Source: Paraspadella gotoi
Taxonomy: Eukaryota > Animalia > Chaetognatha
Reading direction: 5' to 3'
Length of the DNA: 64,000 nt
Assembly (NCBI GenBank): GCA_051294375.1
Contig: CM119266.1
Span: 9,060,538-9,124,537, forward strand
Of this stretch, positions 1 to 12,592 are shown one piece after another. A model generated the notes under the pieces. That model saw only the letters and a program-made list of their open reading frames with translations. It was not told the origin of the DNA and ran no database searches. The stretch's first letter is position 1. The number at the start of each line of letters is the position of its first letter. The position numbers and the translations under genes are program-made.

Positions 1-870
1 GCTTTTTCCTTCTTCCTTTCCTTCCTTTGATTTCCTTCCTTTCCTTTCTTTTCTTTTTTCTTTTCTTCGATTCCTCTCCATTCCTTTCACTTTTCCTCTC
101 CTTCTTTCTGATCTTTTCCTGTCCATCTTTCTTATATTTTCCCTGTCCTTTCCGTTTCTTTCCTTTCCTTTCCTTTCCTTTCCTTCCTTTCCTTTCTTTC
201 TTTTCTTTAGAAAAGAAAAGAAAAGAAAAGAAAAGAAAAAAAAATAAAAAAAGGGAAAAAAGCAAAGCAAATGACGGAAGGGAAAGGTAGGTCCAAATAG
301 ATAATAACGCCAAGCCACATAAAAGAGAAAGGAAAAAAAAAGAAAAAAAGCAATAGTGCAGAATAAAAAAAATATATATAAATAGACAGAATTAAAAATC
401 ACCGACTCGGAAAGAAAAAAGCAAAGCGGCGGAAGAAAGTAAAAAAAAAAAGAAAGAAAAAAAGAAAATAAGAATAGAAAAAGTGGAGTGGAAGAGAAAA
501 GGATTACGGCTGCATGACTTTTAGTCGTTGAGTCGCGAAAAAAAAAAGAAAAAAAATTCGATTCAGAGTTGACGCATTTATTTTCTTTTGCTTTGCTTTG
601 CTTTGCTTTGCTTTGCTTGTTTGCTTTTCTTCTCTTTTCTTTTCTTTTTTCTTTTCTTTTACTTTCCTTTTTCTTTTTTCCCTTCCTTTCCTTTCGTTTC
701 CTTTCCTTTTCTTCCCTTTCCTTTCATTTCCTTTTCCTTTACTTTCTTTTACTTTCCTTTGTTTCCCTTTCTTTTACTCTCCTGTCCTTTTTACGTTTTC
801 TTTTCTTTCCCTTCTTTACTTTGTTTCGCTTTCCCTATTTTATACCCTTGTTTCCTCATTCTTAAACTTC
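1..870. repeat. Low-complexity pyrimidine/purine microsatellite region (TTTC/TTTCC/AAAAG)
   Basis: Directly visible; the overlapping F/S/L-rich ORFs are translation artefacts. Confidence 0.9.
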
Positions 871-1080
871 AGCGTCGTTATTGTTGTTTTTTTGTTCATC
901 TTGTTGTTGTTGTTCTCGATGTTGTTCTTGCCTTTGTTGTTTCCGGTCTCAACGTCACCAAGATCCGTCGTCGTTGTCATTTCATTCTTAGTCATTTCAT
1001 TCTTTGTCATTCTTTCATCAACGTCTTTAACGTCCTGACTTATTCGCCGTCTTCGTCGTCTCTTTCCTCATAGACTTTTT

Positions 1081-1136
<56 letters not shown>

Positions 1137-3563
1137 TCTTCTCGGATTCGGTGAGGTCTCTCGCTCGAGTGAGTTCCCCATAAAACAGCCAATGATTTCT
1201 GGTCCGCTGGAAATCCGGGGCCCGCGTTTTACTCCACTCGTTCACCCGCGAACTCACCCTGACTTACCCCTCCCCCCCCTCTCTATTCGGTCTGACTTTT
1301 CAGACTCGAAACTCACCTTTTGACTTAACTCTCCTTTTGGCCCCTAAACTTAATTAATAGGCGATGGAATCTCCTCGTCGGGTCGGTCACTGGAAAAGGA
1401 CTAGACTTAACCTTACCTTAACCTTACCTTAACCTTTGAACTTTGCCTCTTCTCTCTTTTTTTTTCTTTTCTCCCAATTTGTTGGATGGGTTTGATTTTC
1501 TTGGTCGCTATCTTTTAATTCTTAGATTTAATCTACGTGTTTCAACTTTCAACTGCAGTTTTTAGTGTAGTTACGCTTTTTCTTACTCGTTACTTTCACC
1601 TTTTTATCTCTCTTTTTTTTCTATGTTTCTCTCTAATGATCTTTCTTATTTTTCTTTACTTCTCTCTCACTCTTTTCTTTTCCACTTTCCTCCCTTCCTT
1701 TTTATTTCTTTTCTTTCCTTCATCGCTCTAGTACTACCTCCTTCCTCCCTTTTTTCTTCTTCCTCCTCTTTTTCTTTCTCTCTCCTTTCCTCCTTCCTCC
1801 CTTTTTTCTTCTTCCTCCTCTTTTCCNNNNNNNNNNNNNNNNNNNNNNNNNNNNNNNNNNNNNNNNNNNNNNNNNNNNNNNNNNNNNNNNNNNNNNNNNN
1901 NNNNNNNNNNNNNNNNNNNNNNNNNNNNNNNNNNNNNNNNNNNNNNNNNNNNNNNNNNNNNNNNNNNNNNNNNNNNNNNNNNNNNNNNNNNNNNNNNNNN
2001 NNNNNNNNNNNNNNNNNNNNNNNNNNNNNNNNNNNNNNNNNNNNNNNNNNNNNNNNNNNNNNNNNNNNNNNNNNNNNNNNNNNNNNNNNNNNNNNNNNNN
2101 NNNNNNNNNNNNNNNNNNNNNNNNNNNNNNNNNNNNNNNNNNNNNNNNNNNNNNNNNNNNNNNNNNNNNNNNNNNNNNNNNNNNNNNNNNNNNNNNNNNN
2201 NNNNNNNNNNNNNNNNNNNNNNNNNNNNNNNNNNNNNNNNNNNNNNNNNNNNNNNNNNNNNNNNNNNNNNNNNNNNNNNNNNNNNNNNNNNNNNNNNNNN
2301 NNNNNNNNNNNNNNNNNNNNNNNNNNNNNNNNNNNNNNNNNNNNNNNNNNNNNNNNNNNNNNNNNNNNNNNNNNNNNNNNNNNNNNNNNNNNNNNNNNNN
2401 NNNNNNNNNNNNNNNNNNNNNNNNNNNNNNNNNNNNNNNNNNNNNNNNNNNNNNNNNNNNNNNNNNNNNNNNNNNNNNNNNNNNTTTTAACTCAAGAGTC
2501 AAGCCGATGAAAAATATTTCCCGCTGGAACGAAATATTTTTTCATAACGTTCAAATTGTGATATATTTATTGAACTTAATTTAACTAACTGGACAACTGG
2601 AAAGCATAAACTTAAATTTTTATTTTTTTCAAATATCTTTGAATCCAGAAGCACGCTCGCCTTCAATAGCTGGATTAGTTGAATAACTAAATAAAAGTTT
2701 AATTTTTTGGAAAATATTAGCGAAAAAAAAAATCACAACCCATTTCCTCGCTTTCGATTCACCTCTACTTTCGAAAGACATGAAAATCCTATCCCCTCTG
2801 GAGGCTTCGAATCCATGGCGCTTTGCCGAGACGAGATCCGCGTCGCCAGGAGGTCAAGAGATCGAATCCCTAGAATGTTCGAGGATGAAGGAATTAAAGG
2901 GGATCGCGTTGAATGGAGGAAGAAAGGAAAGAAAGAAAAAAAAGTCGAAAATAGGAAAGATAAAATATAGGAAGGAGAAAAAGAAAAAGGAAGGAGTATA
3001 ATGCAACTACAATGGTGGGAGCGAGAAAGTGAAAAGAGCAAAGTTTGGAAAGAAAGAACAAGATCGGTTCATCCAATGAGTTGCACCGCAGTGACTTTCT
3101 TAGCCCTTGTATTTATGACACGCACTGCTTCGGAATTTCGTCTTTTATTCTTTATAGTTTTAAGATTTCCCGAAGGCAGGGAGAGGAAGGAGCAGGGCGT
3201 TAACCTGGAGTTCTTTTTTGAAAATCAGGCAGTGTGCGGCGCTAGCAGTCCTCTAAATTTTATGTTTTTTTTCTATCTCGCGGCGCAACTTAAAACTCTA
3301 TTTTTCAAAGGATCACAGAATCGAGAGAATGAAATAGATTAAAAGCTAGTGGACCAGTTACGAGGCACTAAGTTAAAATAACAAACAAGAAGAAAAAGAA
3401 AACAGTTACTATATTGGGAAAAGTTGAAGATAAAAAAACAAATCTGAAAATGTGAATAAAACCAACGACTCACTGGCTTCTAAACCACAAGACGACTTTG
3501 AGAATTTTTAAAACAACAAAAGATTGAAACCAGAAACTCGAAAATCTCGATGCTCGGGATTGA

Positions 3564-3636
<73 letters not shown>

Positions 3637-4896
3637 AGAGAGAGGAGCCCTGCGGATGATTGGCGGAGGGATGGAGGGCGCTGGGGGAGCGGGCGTGGCT
3701 CGTTTCGCTCGCCGGCGCCGCCAGGACTCCTGGCGAGGCGCCGTCGACGAAGCGTTTGACGAAAGGGCGAGCGAGATGAAAAAAAAAAGGAAATGAGATG
3801 GTGAGAGTGAGACGGAGAAAAAACTCACATCGCGGTGCGATATGGGGAAGGAGAAAAAGGAGAGGGAGGAAAGGAAAAAAGAAGGAAGAAGGAGAAAGAA
3901 AATGAGGAGGAAGGAGGAAAGAAAAGGGAGTGAAGGAGGAAAAGAAAAGGAGAGGAAGGAGAAAGAAAAGGGAGAACGGGAGGAGGAAGAAACGGGAAGG
4001 ACCGGAGGAAAAAAAGGAGAAGAGAAAGTAAAAACGGTGAGGAAGGAGGAAATAAGAAAAAGGGAGGAAAATGAAAGACGATATATAATTTGTAGGAAAT
4101 GAAAGGGAGAGAGGAAAAACTTTAAACGGGCACAGGTTTTTCAAAATGCAAAAAGACAGGAAAAGGAAATAATTGAAACAAAGGTAAAATCAAAGAGATG
4201 ATAAAGGAAATTTACAATCACGAGAACTGGACTGTCAATTTTTCTTTTTTTTTTCAGACTTTTTCGTTAAGTTTGTTTATGTTCATTTCTTTTCGCCTTT
4301 TTATCCCGTTTGTTTTATCGATGAAAACTTTTTCTCCGACTCTCAGAATATTACAGAAATGGAGAAACAAAAAAAAACGAAAAACGCCTCGCGACGCTGA
4401 CCACACACCAACAACAAAGTGACCATCTGACCACTCGCTACCCACTGACCGCAGACAATGACTCGCAACCGTCCACGCCTGCTCGCTCCCCGGAGGATCT
4501 AACTTCCGGTGGCGCCGATCGAAATGCCTTTTTTAATCAGACGGCGACAGATATCGCCCTTTCCCCTCTCCCCCCCCCTGCTCCGCCGAGCAGATTCACC
4601 CTCACCGCGACTCCATTCGTCCCTCCGCCCCCCTTTTTTTTACGCTCGTCGCCGGTGGATTCAATTAAAGGATGTGACCTCGCTGAGAGCGACGACGACG
4701 ACGACGACGTGATGATGACAACGACGACGAACGAGGATGATGACAACGACGACGACGAGATGATGACAAGACGATGACGAGACGACGACGACGAACGTAC
4801 GATGATGAAGACAACGACGACGACGAAGAGGTGGTCAAATCAACCAAAACGATTGAAAAACCAGAGATTATAATGATATCAATCTTAATTATGGGA

Positions 4897-5511
4897 CTCT
4901 CGAAAAAAAAAAAGGGGTCAATGAAAATCAGCAATGATGATGATGACAAAAACGTTCATTAATGACAAGACGATGATGTTCATCAATGACGACGACGACG
5001 AGCGATCACAAAAAAAAAATGGAATTGGTGACGAATGGGCGGCGGCGGCGCGGCGGCGGCGGGGCGGGTGGGCGGTGGCTTTTCAATTGCCGAGAGAGAC
5101 TTTGTCTTCCAGAGTCGAGTCACGTGGAACGATTATCAATTCCGTTTCGTCTCTTTATTTCTTTGTTCCTCTTCTCCTCCGTCTGCTCTTCATCTCCTCC
5201 TCCTTCCTTTTTTTCCTCCACCACCCACTTCTGGTCAAGCGACGTTTGTGACCAAGCGCGCCGGCTGCCGCGTCGCTGCCGCCGCCGCAGCGCCCGCGCC
5301 GCCATCGTATTTTTTCTCTTCCTTCGATTACTCCCATTGTCGTCGATTCACCGACGCAGCGCCGCATGCCGCCGCGACGCAGCGCAAGCATCTCGGACGA
5401 CGCAGAGCCGCATCTCTGCCGCGCCAAGTCCAATTTCGCCGACGCCCGCCAATGTCCAAATTGCAGCCCCGACGTCAAGACCTGAATCTGAAAAAGATCT
5501 ATTTAACGTTC
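4897..5511 (+). repeat. ~600-bp segment, copy 1 of a direct duplication (copy 2 at ~15965-16590)
   Basis: Shared collinear strings, e.g. tcacgtggaacg, ccacttctggtcaagcgacgtttgtga, gtccaatttcgccgacgccc, ctgaatctgaaaaa; this copy abuts a 100-N gap. Confidence 0.85.
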
Positions 5512-5635
5512 NNNNNNNNNNNNNNNNNNNNNNNNNNNNNNNNNNNNNNNNNNNNNNNNNNNNNNNNNNNNNNNNNNNNNNNNNNNNNNNNNNNNNNNNN
5601 NNNNNNNNNNNGCGGGCGTCATGGCAGAGGCTTCC

Positions 5636-6095
5636 GCTAACTCCTCATTCGCCCCTGCAATTATGTATATCCAGAGGCTCAAATTATAAGCACCACCCTG
5701 CAAAATTCCCTAACTCCTCATTCGCCCCCAATCTAGTATACACCAGAGGCTCGAATATAAGCACCACCCTGAAAATTTCCTAACTCTCATTCGCCCTGCC
5801 AATATATGTATACACAGAGGCTCGAATTATAAGCACCAGCCCTGCAAAATTCGCCTAACTCCTCATTGCCCTGCCAATCTAATGTACACCAGAGGCTCAA
5901 ATTATAAGACACCACCCTGCAAAATTCCCTAAACTCCTCATCGCCCTGCCAATCTAAGTATCACAGAGCTCGAAATTATAAGCACCACCTGCAAATTCCC
6001 TAACTCCTCATTCGCAGCCTGCCATCTATTACACAGAGGCTCGAAATTATAGCAACCCCTGCAAAATTCCCTAACTCTCATTCCGCCCCGCCACT
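5636..6095. repeat. Minisatellite, ~60-63 bp unit, ~7 copies
   Basis: Recurring ...ccctaactcctcattcgccc(c)tgccaatct...tacaccagaggctcgaattataagcaccaccctgcaaaatt... Confidence 0.9.
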
Positions 6096-8128
6096 TTGCT
6101 CGAGGCACCATCCCACCCACCACCTTCTTAATCTGGTTTAATTTATTAAACAAGAAGATTATGTTACCACGAGGCAGTTTTCAAATTTTTCTCCGAAGAA
6201 TGATTATAGAATATATTTTCTGAAATGTTATTTGTTTTCAAAAAAAGATATTGTGGTAAATATTTTCATATTATTTTAAAAAAAACTTTAATAACCTAAA
6301 TGAAAAAAATTTCAAATTTACTTTTTAAATGAGTTTTTGATTCTCTGCAATATGCAAATGATTTTTATATTTCATTATTATTATATTTATTAAGTTTTTA
6401 ATTTGGTATTCGTGTAAAAAAAAAGGAAAAAAATATTCAAAACACATGTAAGTAATAACAAGTATTGTCAAAGATGTTTCGGCCCGACTCTCTTTTCCTA
6501 CGTTAAATCGTATAGTTAAATTTAGACTCTTTACTTTTTATGGTCAGGTTTCTTGTGGTCAATGAGTTATAGCCCCGTTTTTCGAGAGAGAAAATGAAGC
6601 CACATTTAGTTTTTGCTTGAACTCTTGAACTCGTATCGCCCGCTGGAAACTACGTTTTTAAAAGTTTCCAAAAGATTATCTTGTTGTAATAAAGTTTAAT
6701 GTTAAAAAACGCTACTTTTTCTTCATATAATTTGGCGAGACTTATGTTAAAACATTTCATAACGGGCGACGATTTCAACGCTCGTCTGCTAAGGTGAAGA
6801 CTAAAGAAATATCTTCACAAGTATCTTTAAACTATTACTAATTATGATTTTATTAAAGATAATAAAATATATATTTTTTTAAAAATAACTTATCGGCAAT
6901 TTTCAAAGGCAAAAGATGCTTTTTTTTATAAAAAATCCGCCAGGTTCGTCAGCATAGTATCTTTTATTCTCAGTATTAAGATTAAAAAGATACGAAATGG
7001 CGCATTGTATCTGATGAACTCTTAAATTTTATGCCCTGAAGTGAAATATTTATATATAATAATAATTTACTTATAGGTCTTATTTAGTATGCGCTTAAGT
7101 GTGTGTCTGTATATTAATAACATCTGGGATTACACCAAATTTTGCTAGCCTTTTGTTTTCCAATGTCGACGAGAAGAAAAAACAACATGGCAGCTTCCTT
7201 GTGTTTACAAACACGGCCAATTATTTTCTGAAACATTTTGTTCAACATTTTCTTAACATTTTATAAACGACTCTCGTCGCTTTATGCGTCACTCCTTTTG
7301 TCGTTACTCTCGTCGTCACAACTGCTTCAAATTATCGTCGTTTTTGTCGATCCCGATCCTGACTCCATTCTTTCTTCACTGATTCATTGCTCCGTCCTAC
7401 GGCAAGGGGGCTTCGATGAGCATTTCGCACATTTATTTTGTTGTCTTTTTCTTTCAAGAAAAAAAAATTCTTAAAAAGCAAATCTCTGATTACAGAAAAA
7501 AAAATCGTGATCATTATGGACGGTTATGGTAGTAATTAACATGTCCTCGGTGTTTTAATGGCACTTCCGCAAGAAAACTTGATATATTATGTTTCTTATA
7601 CGTCAACTTTTTTTTGTCATATAAAGAGTAGTTGACGCTGGTAAATTTTAGACGTTTCCTGCTGTCTTTGGAAAAATAGAGAGGAAGAAAAGATAAAGGA
7701 AAGAAAGATAATTTTTTAAAACTTTCTATGCGAAGTAAAATTATTTAAAAATATCTATTTTTCAGAAACTGTAACTTTAATTTTCTTCCGTACTTTATTA
7801 TTTTTTTTTATTGACAATCGCTAGATAATAAGTTAAGTTAATAAATTTCTTTTAGCTTTTTTGTGTGTTTGTTCTGTTTAAAATTATTTGTGCTATTTTA
7901 CTCTTTTAGACACAAGTCCGTCCTCTGGAAATCTATGAATCGCGGAGCATTTTACACTCCGCCGAGGCGCTTCGGTTAGGCAAATAGGCCGAGAGAGGCT
8001 TTATTATTCGGTCAATTTAAAATTTTTCTCCTATCTCCATCATTTACAACATTGACAACACGGATCGCGTGATTGGACATTTTTTGTCCTTTGTCCCTTT
8101 CCATCGGCTCGTCATCGTTTTTAAAGCC

Positions 8129-11100
8129 ATGGAGAAGCGTCGGATAACATTCGGAGAAGCTTTTGAAAAACATTCGGAACTAAACAGCTTTCTCGAAACA
8201 GCAAATTGGGTTATCCAACAATTTCAAACGGAGTCTGTTGAAAACAAAGAAAATGACTTTTCACGCCTGGTAAATCGAGTCAAATCGCGCGTGTCTAACT
8301 TTTGTAGAAAGAAACATAGGCTCAATCTCAATGTTTCGTCACCAATCATGCAAACTCCGGTCCTCACCAAAAGTATGGAGCAAGTCCTTGATCCCCAGCC
8401 AATACTATGTGGCAATCCAACGCCAAGGAAACGTGGAAGACCTACTGCACAAAATCTTGACGATGTTAGTGTCGACCATCAGGCACGCAAACTCCAGCCA
8501 GTGGTTGAGTTACTTGATTCCACTGCAACACAATTGGGGAAAAGTGTCACACAACTATGCGGACGGATCATACAAAAAGAGTGTTATGTGAAGAATCGGT
8601 ATTTGGGTCAAATTGGGCAAAAGATTTACGAAGGAAGTTTTGATAACATGAAGGACACGCCTTCTATGAGTGTCGATGAAGCGGAATACTTGAAGAACAT
8701 CGAATTGGAACTTTCGAGACGGCAATATCAAAATTTACGTCTTCGCCTTTTGCCTTATGGGGTTATTCTCCCTCCGGTTTATAAGTTGATCGCTCACGAA
8801 AAAAATTTATTTTATAAGACGATTAAGTTCATGGGTGGAATAAGGGCAACGTTACCCGAAATCTTTCAACAGACACTATCTAGAACTTGTCTCCTTCCAG
8901 AAGTCAATGAAAGAATTGAAGCGTTAGCACCAGCTTCATTTCCTTTGAAGGCAAGGCAACTTTAATATTGTTTGACAATTTAAAGATTAGGAAATAATGT
9001 AATTGTTATAAATATATCAACTGTTAATTAGGATTGTCAAGTAGATAATACTAAAAAGTTAAAAACATATTAACAAGAAATGTAAGAAATGTTAATTAAA
9101 TTTTTTTTTTTGGTTTATTTTTTATTTTAACTGTTCAGGTTCGCTGGTTAACCGGTTTTGATGGTTCGGGTGACCAGCAGACAGCAATGCAGGTCTCTCG
9201 GACAGATTTTTCTCAAGACTTCCGTGAATTGGTCATTGTCTGCCTCCGTGATATAAAATCACAAGATGATTTCTTAGTATATGAAAACAAAAGAAACGCC
9301 TCCGCCCACGGGTTACGCCCTTACATGCTGTTACCTCAACGAGAAAATCGTGAACTACTCGCACAGTTATTACCCATCCTTGATCGGGAGAAAGCTGAAG
9401 TCGAAAGTCAGACAACCGAAATCATTAGTTTGAGTGGTTCTTCAGTTGCATTTTCACATGATGTTCAGCTTCGACTTGCCGATGGCAAGGCAGTTAAAGA
9501 GGCGGCAGGAACAGGCGGAGTTTATTGTAACTTCTGCACGATTTCACCAAAACAAGCGCACCATCGCGAACAGGGTTGGCATTTCAAAACCCACCAAAAA
9601 AAAAAACAGTGGCTGCGCCAATACATGTAAATCGCTTTTAATGGCTTAAACTCAACTGTTACTGCGGCATTAATAATCTTTTTCCAACTTGCATCATTTT
9701 TTCCAACTTGCATCATTTTTTCCAACTTGCATCATTTTTTCCAACTTGCATCATTTTTTCCAACTTGCATCATTTTTTCCAACTTGCGTCATTTTTTTAA
9801 ACGTGCATCATTTTTTTCAACTTGCATCAAACTTGCAACAATCTTTCAACTTTCAACAATTTTCAATTTGTAACAATCCTTCAACTTGCATCATTTTTTC
9901 AACTTGAATCATTTTTTCAATTAATTAATTAAAACATTCATGAGTATGCATAAATAATAAAAATTCAAGTCAACTTAACTTTGGTATTTCCCATGAAAAC
10001 TCGATTCCATTTTCTAAATATATATATTTTATAAAAAATATAAAAATAGAATTTTTATATATCCAATTATGAATAAATTGATTAATTATGGATTAAAATT
10101 ATTAAAAAGATTCAAATAAAAGTGACTTGTTTTTTCCATTTAAACTCATTTCCACTCGCGCGATTCCATGAAAACTTTATATCCAGCTCAATCATACCCT
10201 TCCTTACCGACACACAAAATTTTATTCCAATCCATCCATCCAATCACGAGTAATTGGAGTCTTTTACTAAGGGGGGATGGACAGACGGACGGTCATAGTT
10301 TTTTTTTTTTTTGCTTAATTTAGCCATCGTGTATGTGAATTTATTAGCGGAAAATAAAAACGAAAATTTTGTTTCTAAAACAAAAAAAAAAAACAAATTG
10401 TTGTAGAAACAAAATTTTCGGTTTTTTTTCGCTTAATTTAGCATAATCTGATGTTCTGATGTGATAAAAATGATTTACCGACAAGATTTAGGGGTGGGAC
10501 CGACGGACCGACAAAGTGAATTATACAGTCAAATAAAACGATTTACAATAATTAAATAAAAAGAATAATATTAATTTTTTAATATTAAACAAAAAATTTA
10601 ATTAATATGAATATTTTAATATTTTAAAGATAAAAAATAGCCATAAACCTATGTTGTCTATTTTTTATAACGTCAATAAAGATAAGAGCCACAAAATAGC
10701 TATTCTCTATTTTTCAAAAGAAGATTAATATTTTAAAGCTGTTAATGAAAAAAAAATAAATTAAAATATAATTGACACTTATTTGTCACGAGTTGAAGAA
10801 TTATGTCAAATTTACTTATTTTGAAAAAAAACCTATTAAAATTAAAGAAAATGTTTTTGCCAACCCTGATCGCGAAGCAGTTATATCTGGATTACCCCTC
10901 AATCGTTCGATGAACCATATTCATCATGCGTTTAAGAACTGTTTCGACGAGGAAGCGGGCGAAATTTTGAAGTATCGCGACGACTACGACACTCGTCAAG
11001 GAATCACGCAAGCCCCGCTCACCTCACAGGAAATCAATCTCTCTCCTCGTCCACTCCACCAGAGATTAAGATGTTATTCATGGTTCCAGAAATTTCTCTA

Positions 11101-12335
11101 CAGAATAACCGCTAAAGTCAAAGTCTGGAAAACCACTGGTGTTAAACAAAAAGAAAAGGTGGAAAAGGCGAGAAAAAAGTGGATAGATGCCGTTCGTAGT
11201 TCCACCGGAATCTTGATGGATACGCCTTCATCTCGAGGTATGTCCTTATTTTTTTACTTGGTTGCTTTATTATTGGTATTAATATTATTATTTCATTTAG
11301 GTGGTACCACTGACACGGGGAATGCTGCGTGGCGATTCTTCTCTCCTGAGGTGATTCCGGTTTTTCGAGAGTTGCTTACTGCTGAGAATGCCGATAAGGT
11401 TATTTGGATTCACAAAAAATTGTCAGTAATTCTTCGAGTACTCTCTTCAAAAAGAAAAGTTGAAGTAGACTTATTAACCGACATCTGCACAGAATGTTAC
11501 TGTTTTTTGCTTGAAGAATTCCCCTGGGCTAAAATAAGTGAAAGTGTTCATGCGGTTCTTGGTCACTCATTCCAACTCATCCAGCTTAACGACGGTTATG
11601 GACTTGGACAAATGACCGAGCAGGGTGAGAAACATTTAAATACAATGTTTAATGTTTACTTTTATGTGTATTACAGTTTATATACTAGTGAAAAAGGTGC
11701 TAAAGGGGCTGATATAACAACTTTTTTGCCAACAATTGAATGGAACGGGTCCTGTGTTTGTAACCAGAAGGGTGGGGCTTTTCCAGGCCAACTAGGCGGC
11801 TTCGGGCCACTCTCATACTTCCCATCGGGTGAATACATATGGGATTTGATCGCGGTACCAAATGGTTGTAAGCTGATGGCTTTACTCAATAAACGAGCTG
11901 GTCACACAGCCAATACCCGCCTATGTACTAAATTAATTGCTCTATTTTCAAAATCAATTTCTATTACGTAAAAAGTGGTTTCACCTAAAAGGTATTTATT
12001 GATTCAGAATTTTAACTCGAATTATGTTTCCATTAGGTTCAGAAAGTCTGAATAAGTTTGTAAGGCGATTCTCGGAAAGATTCGCCCGTCACGTGGCGCT
12101 TGACATGAACATTGAGGACGTTTTCCATCGTCTCCAGCTTTTTTCGGATCCTTACGTATTATCGCATCAACGCCAGCAATACTGCCGCCGCTGTGAAGTG
12201 TTTGGTGAACATTGGACCGTCTCGTGTCCTTCGAAATTGCTTTCACGACAAAGTGTTAAGAATGATGGGGAGGGAGACGCGGTTGACAGTATCTGGGTTC
12301 TTGAGTCAGAGGTGGAAGCATTTCTCGCTGTATGA
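8129..12335 (+). CDS. RAG1-like / Transib-family DDE transposase, 5 exons (8129-8950, 9139-9574, 10881-11237, 11301-11624, 12037-12335), ~745 aa
   Basis: Exons splice in frame (2238 nt including stop; intron 1 GC-AG, others GT-AG). Motifs in RAG1/Transib order: KRGRPT (NBD-like), LSRRQYQNLR, LPPVYKLIAHEK, GFDGSG (D1), LADGK (D2), YCNFC, RQGITQAP, PLHQRLR, GTTDTGNAAWRFF, SVHAVLGH, GQMTEQGSESLNKFVRRF (E), NIEDVFHRLQLFSDP, C-terminal CRRCEVFGEHWTVSC. Confidence 0.9.
9678..9920. repeat. 21-bp tandem repeat (tttttccaacttgcatcattt) in intron 2 of the transposase gene
   Basis: About 5-6 near-perfect copies followed by degenerate copies. Confidence 0.9.
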
Positions 12336-12447
12336 ATTGATTTTCGGTAAATACATATTCGAGTATAAAATAATATTTATTAGTTAGTAATTTTTAAAAT
12401 TATTTTAAAAAGATAATATTTTTGAAACTAAAAAAAAATTGGCTAAA

Positions 12448-12592
12448 TTTTACTTTCGCCACCCCGAGTTTTGAAAAATCACTTAAAAATATTTAAAAAA
12501 TAACGTAAAAAAATATTACCTAATTACCCTAACCCTAAACCCTCCTAACCCTATCTACCCCTAAACCACCCTTTAAGCTAAACCCCCGCTAA
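12448..12592. mobile_element. Remnant of a MITE-like dispersed repeat with telomere-like (TAACCC) internal tract
   Basis: tactttcgccaccccgagtttt plus taaccctaaaccctcctaacc; related to 51980-52160, 13720-13895 and 56180-56380. Confidence 0.55.

Noticed and set aside
27-4200. F/L/S-rich and R/E/K-rich ORFs, and ORFs spanning N gaps
   Set aside because: Translations of microsatellites, low-complexity DNA and assembly gaps; the same applies to similar ORFs at 17000-23500 and 26200-31800
5636-6095. Repeat-spacer array or RSS-like target array near the transposase
   Set aside because: The whole unit is repeated with no unique spacers, and no CACAGTG-like heptamer/nonamer arrangement is visible
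7910-7930. cacaagtccg as a left Transib TIR
   Set aside because: No inverted counterpart downstream; it follows a polypyrimidine-AG and looks more like a 5' UTR splice acceptor
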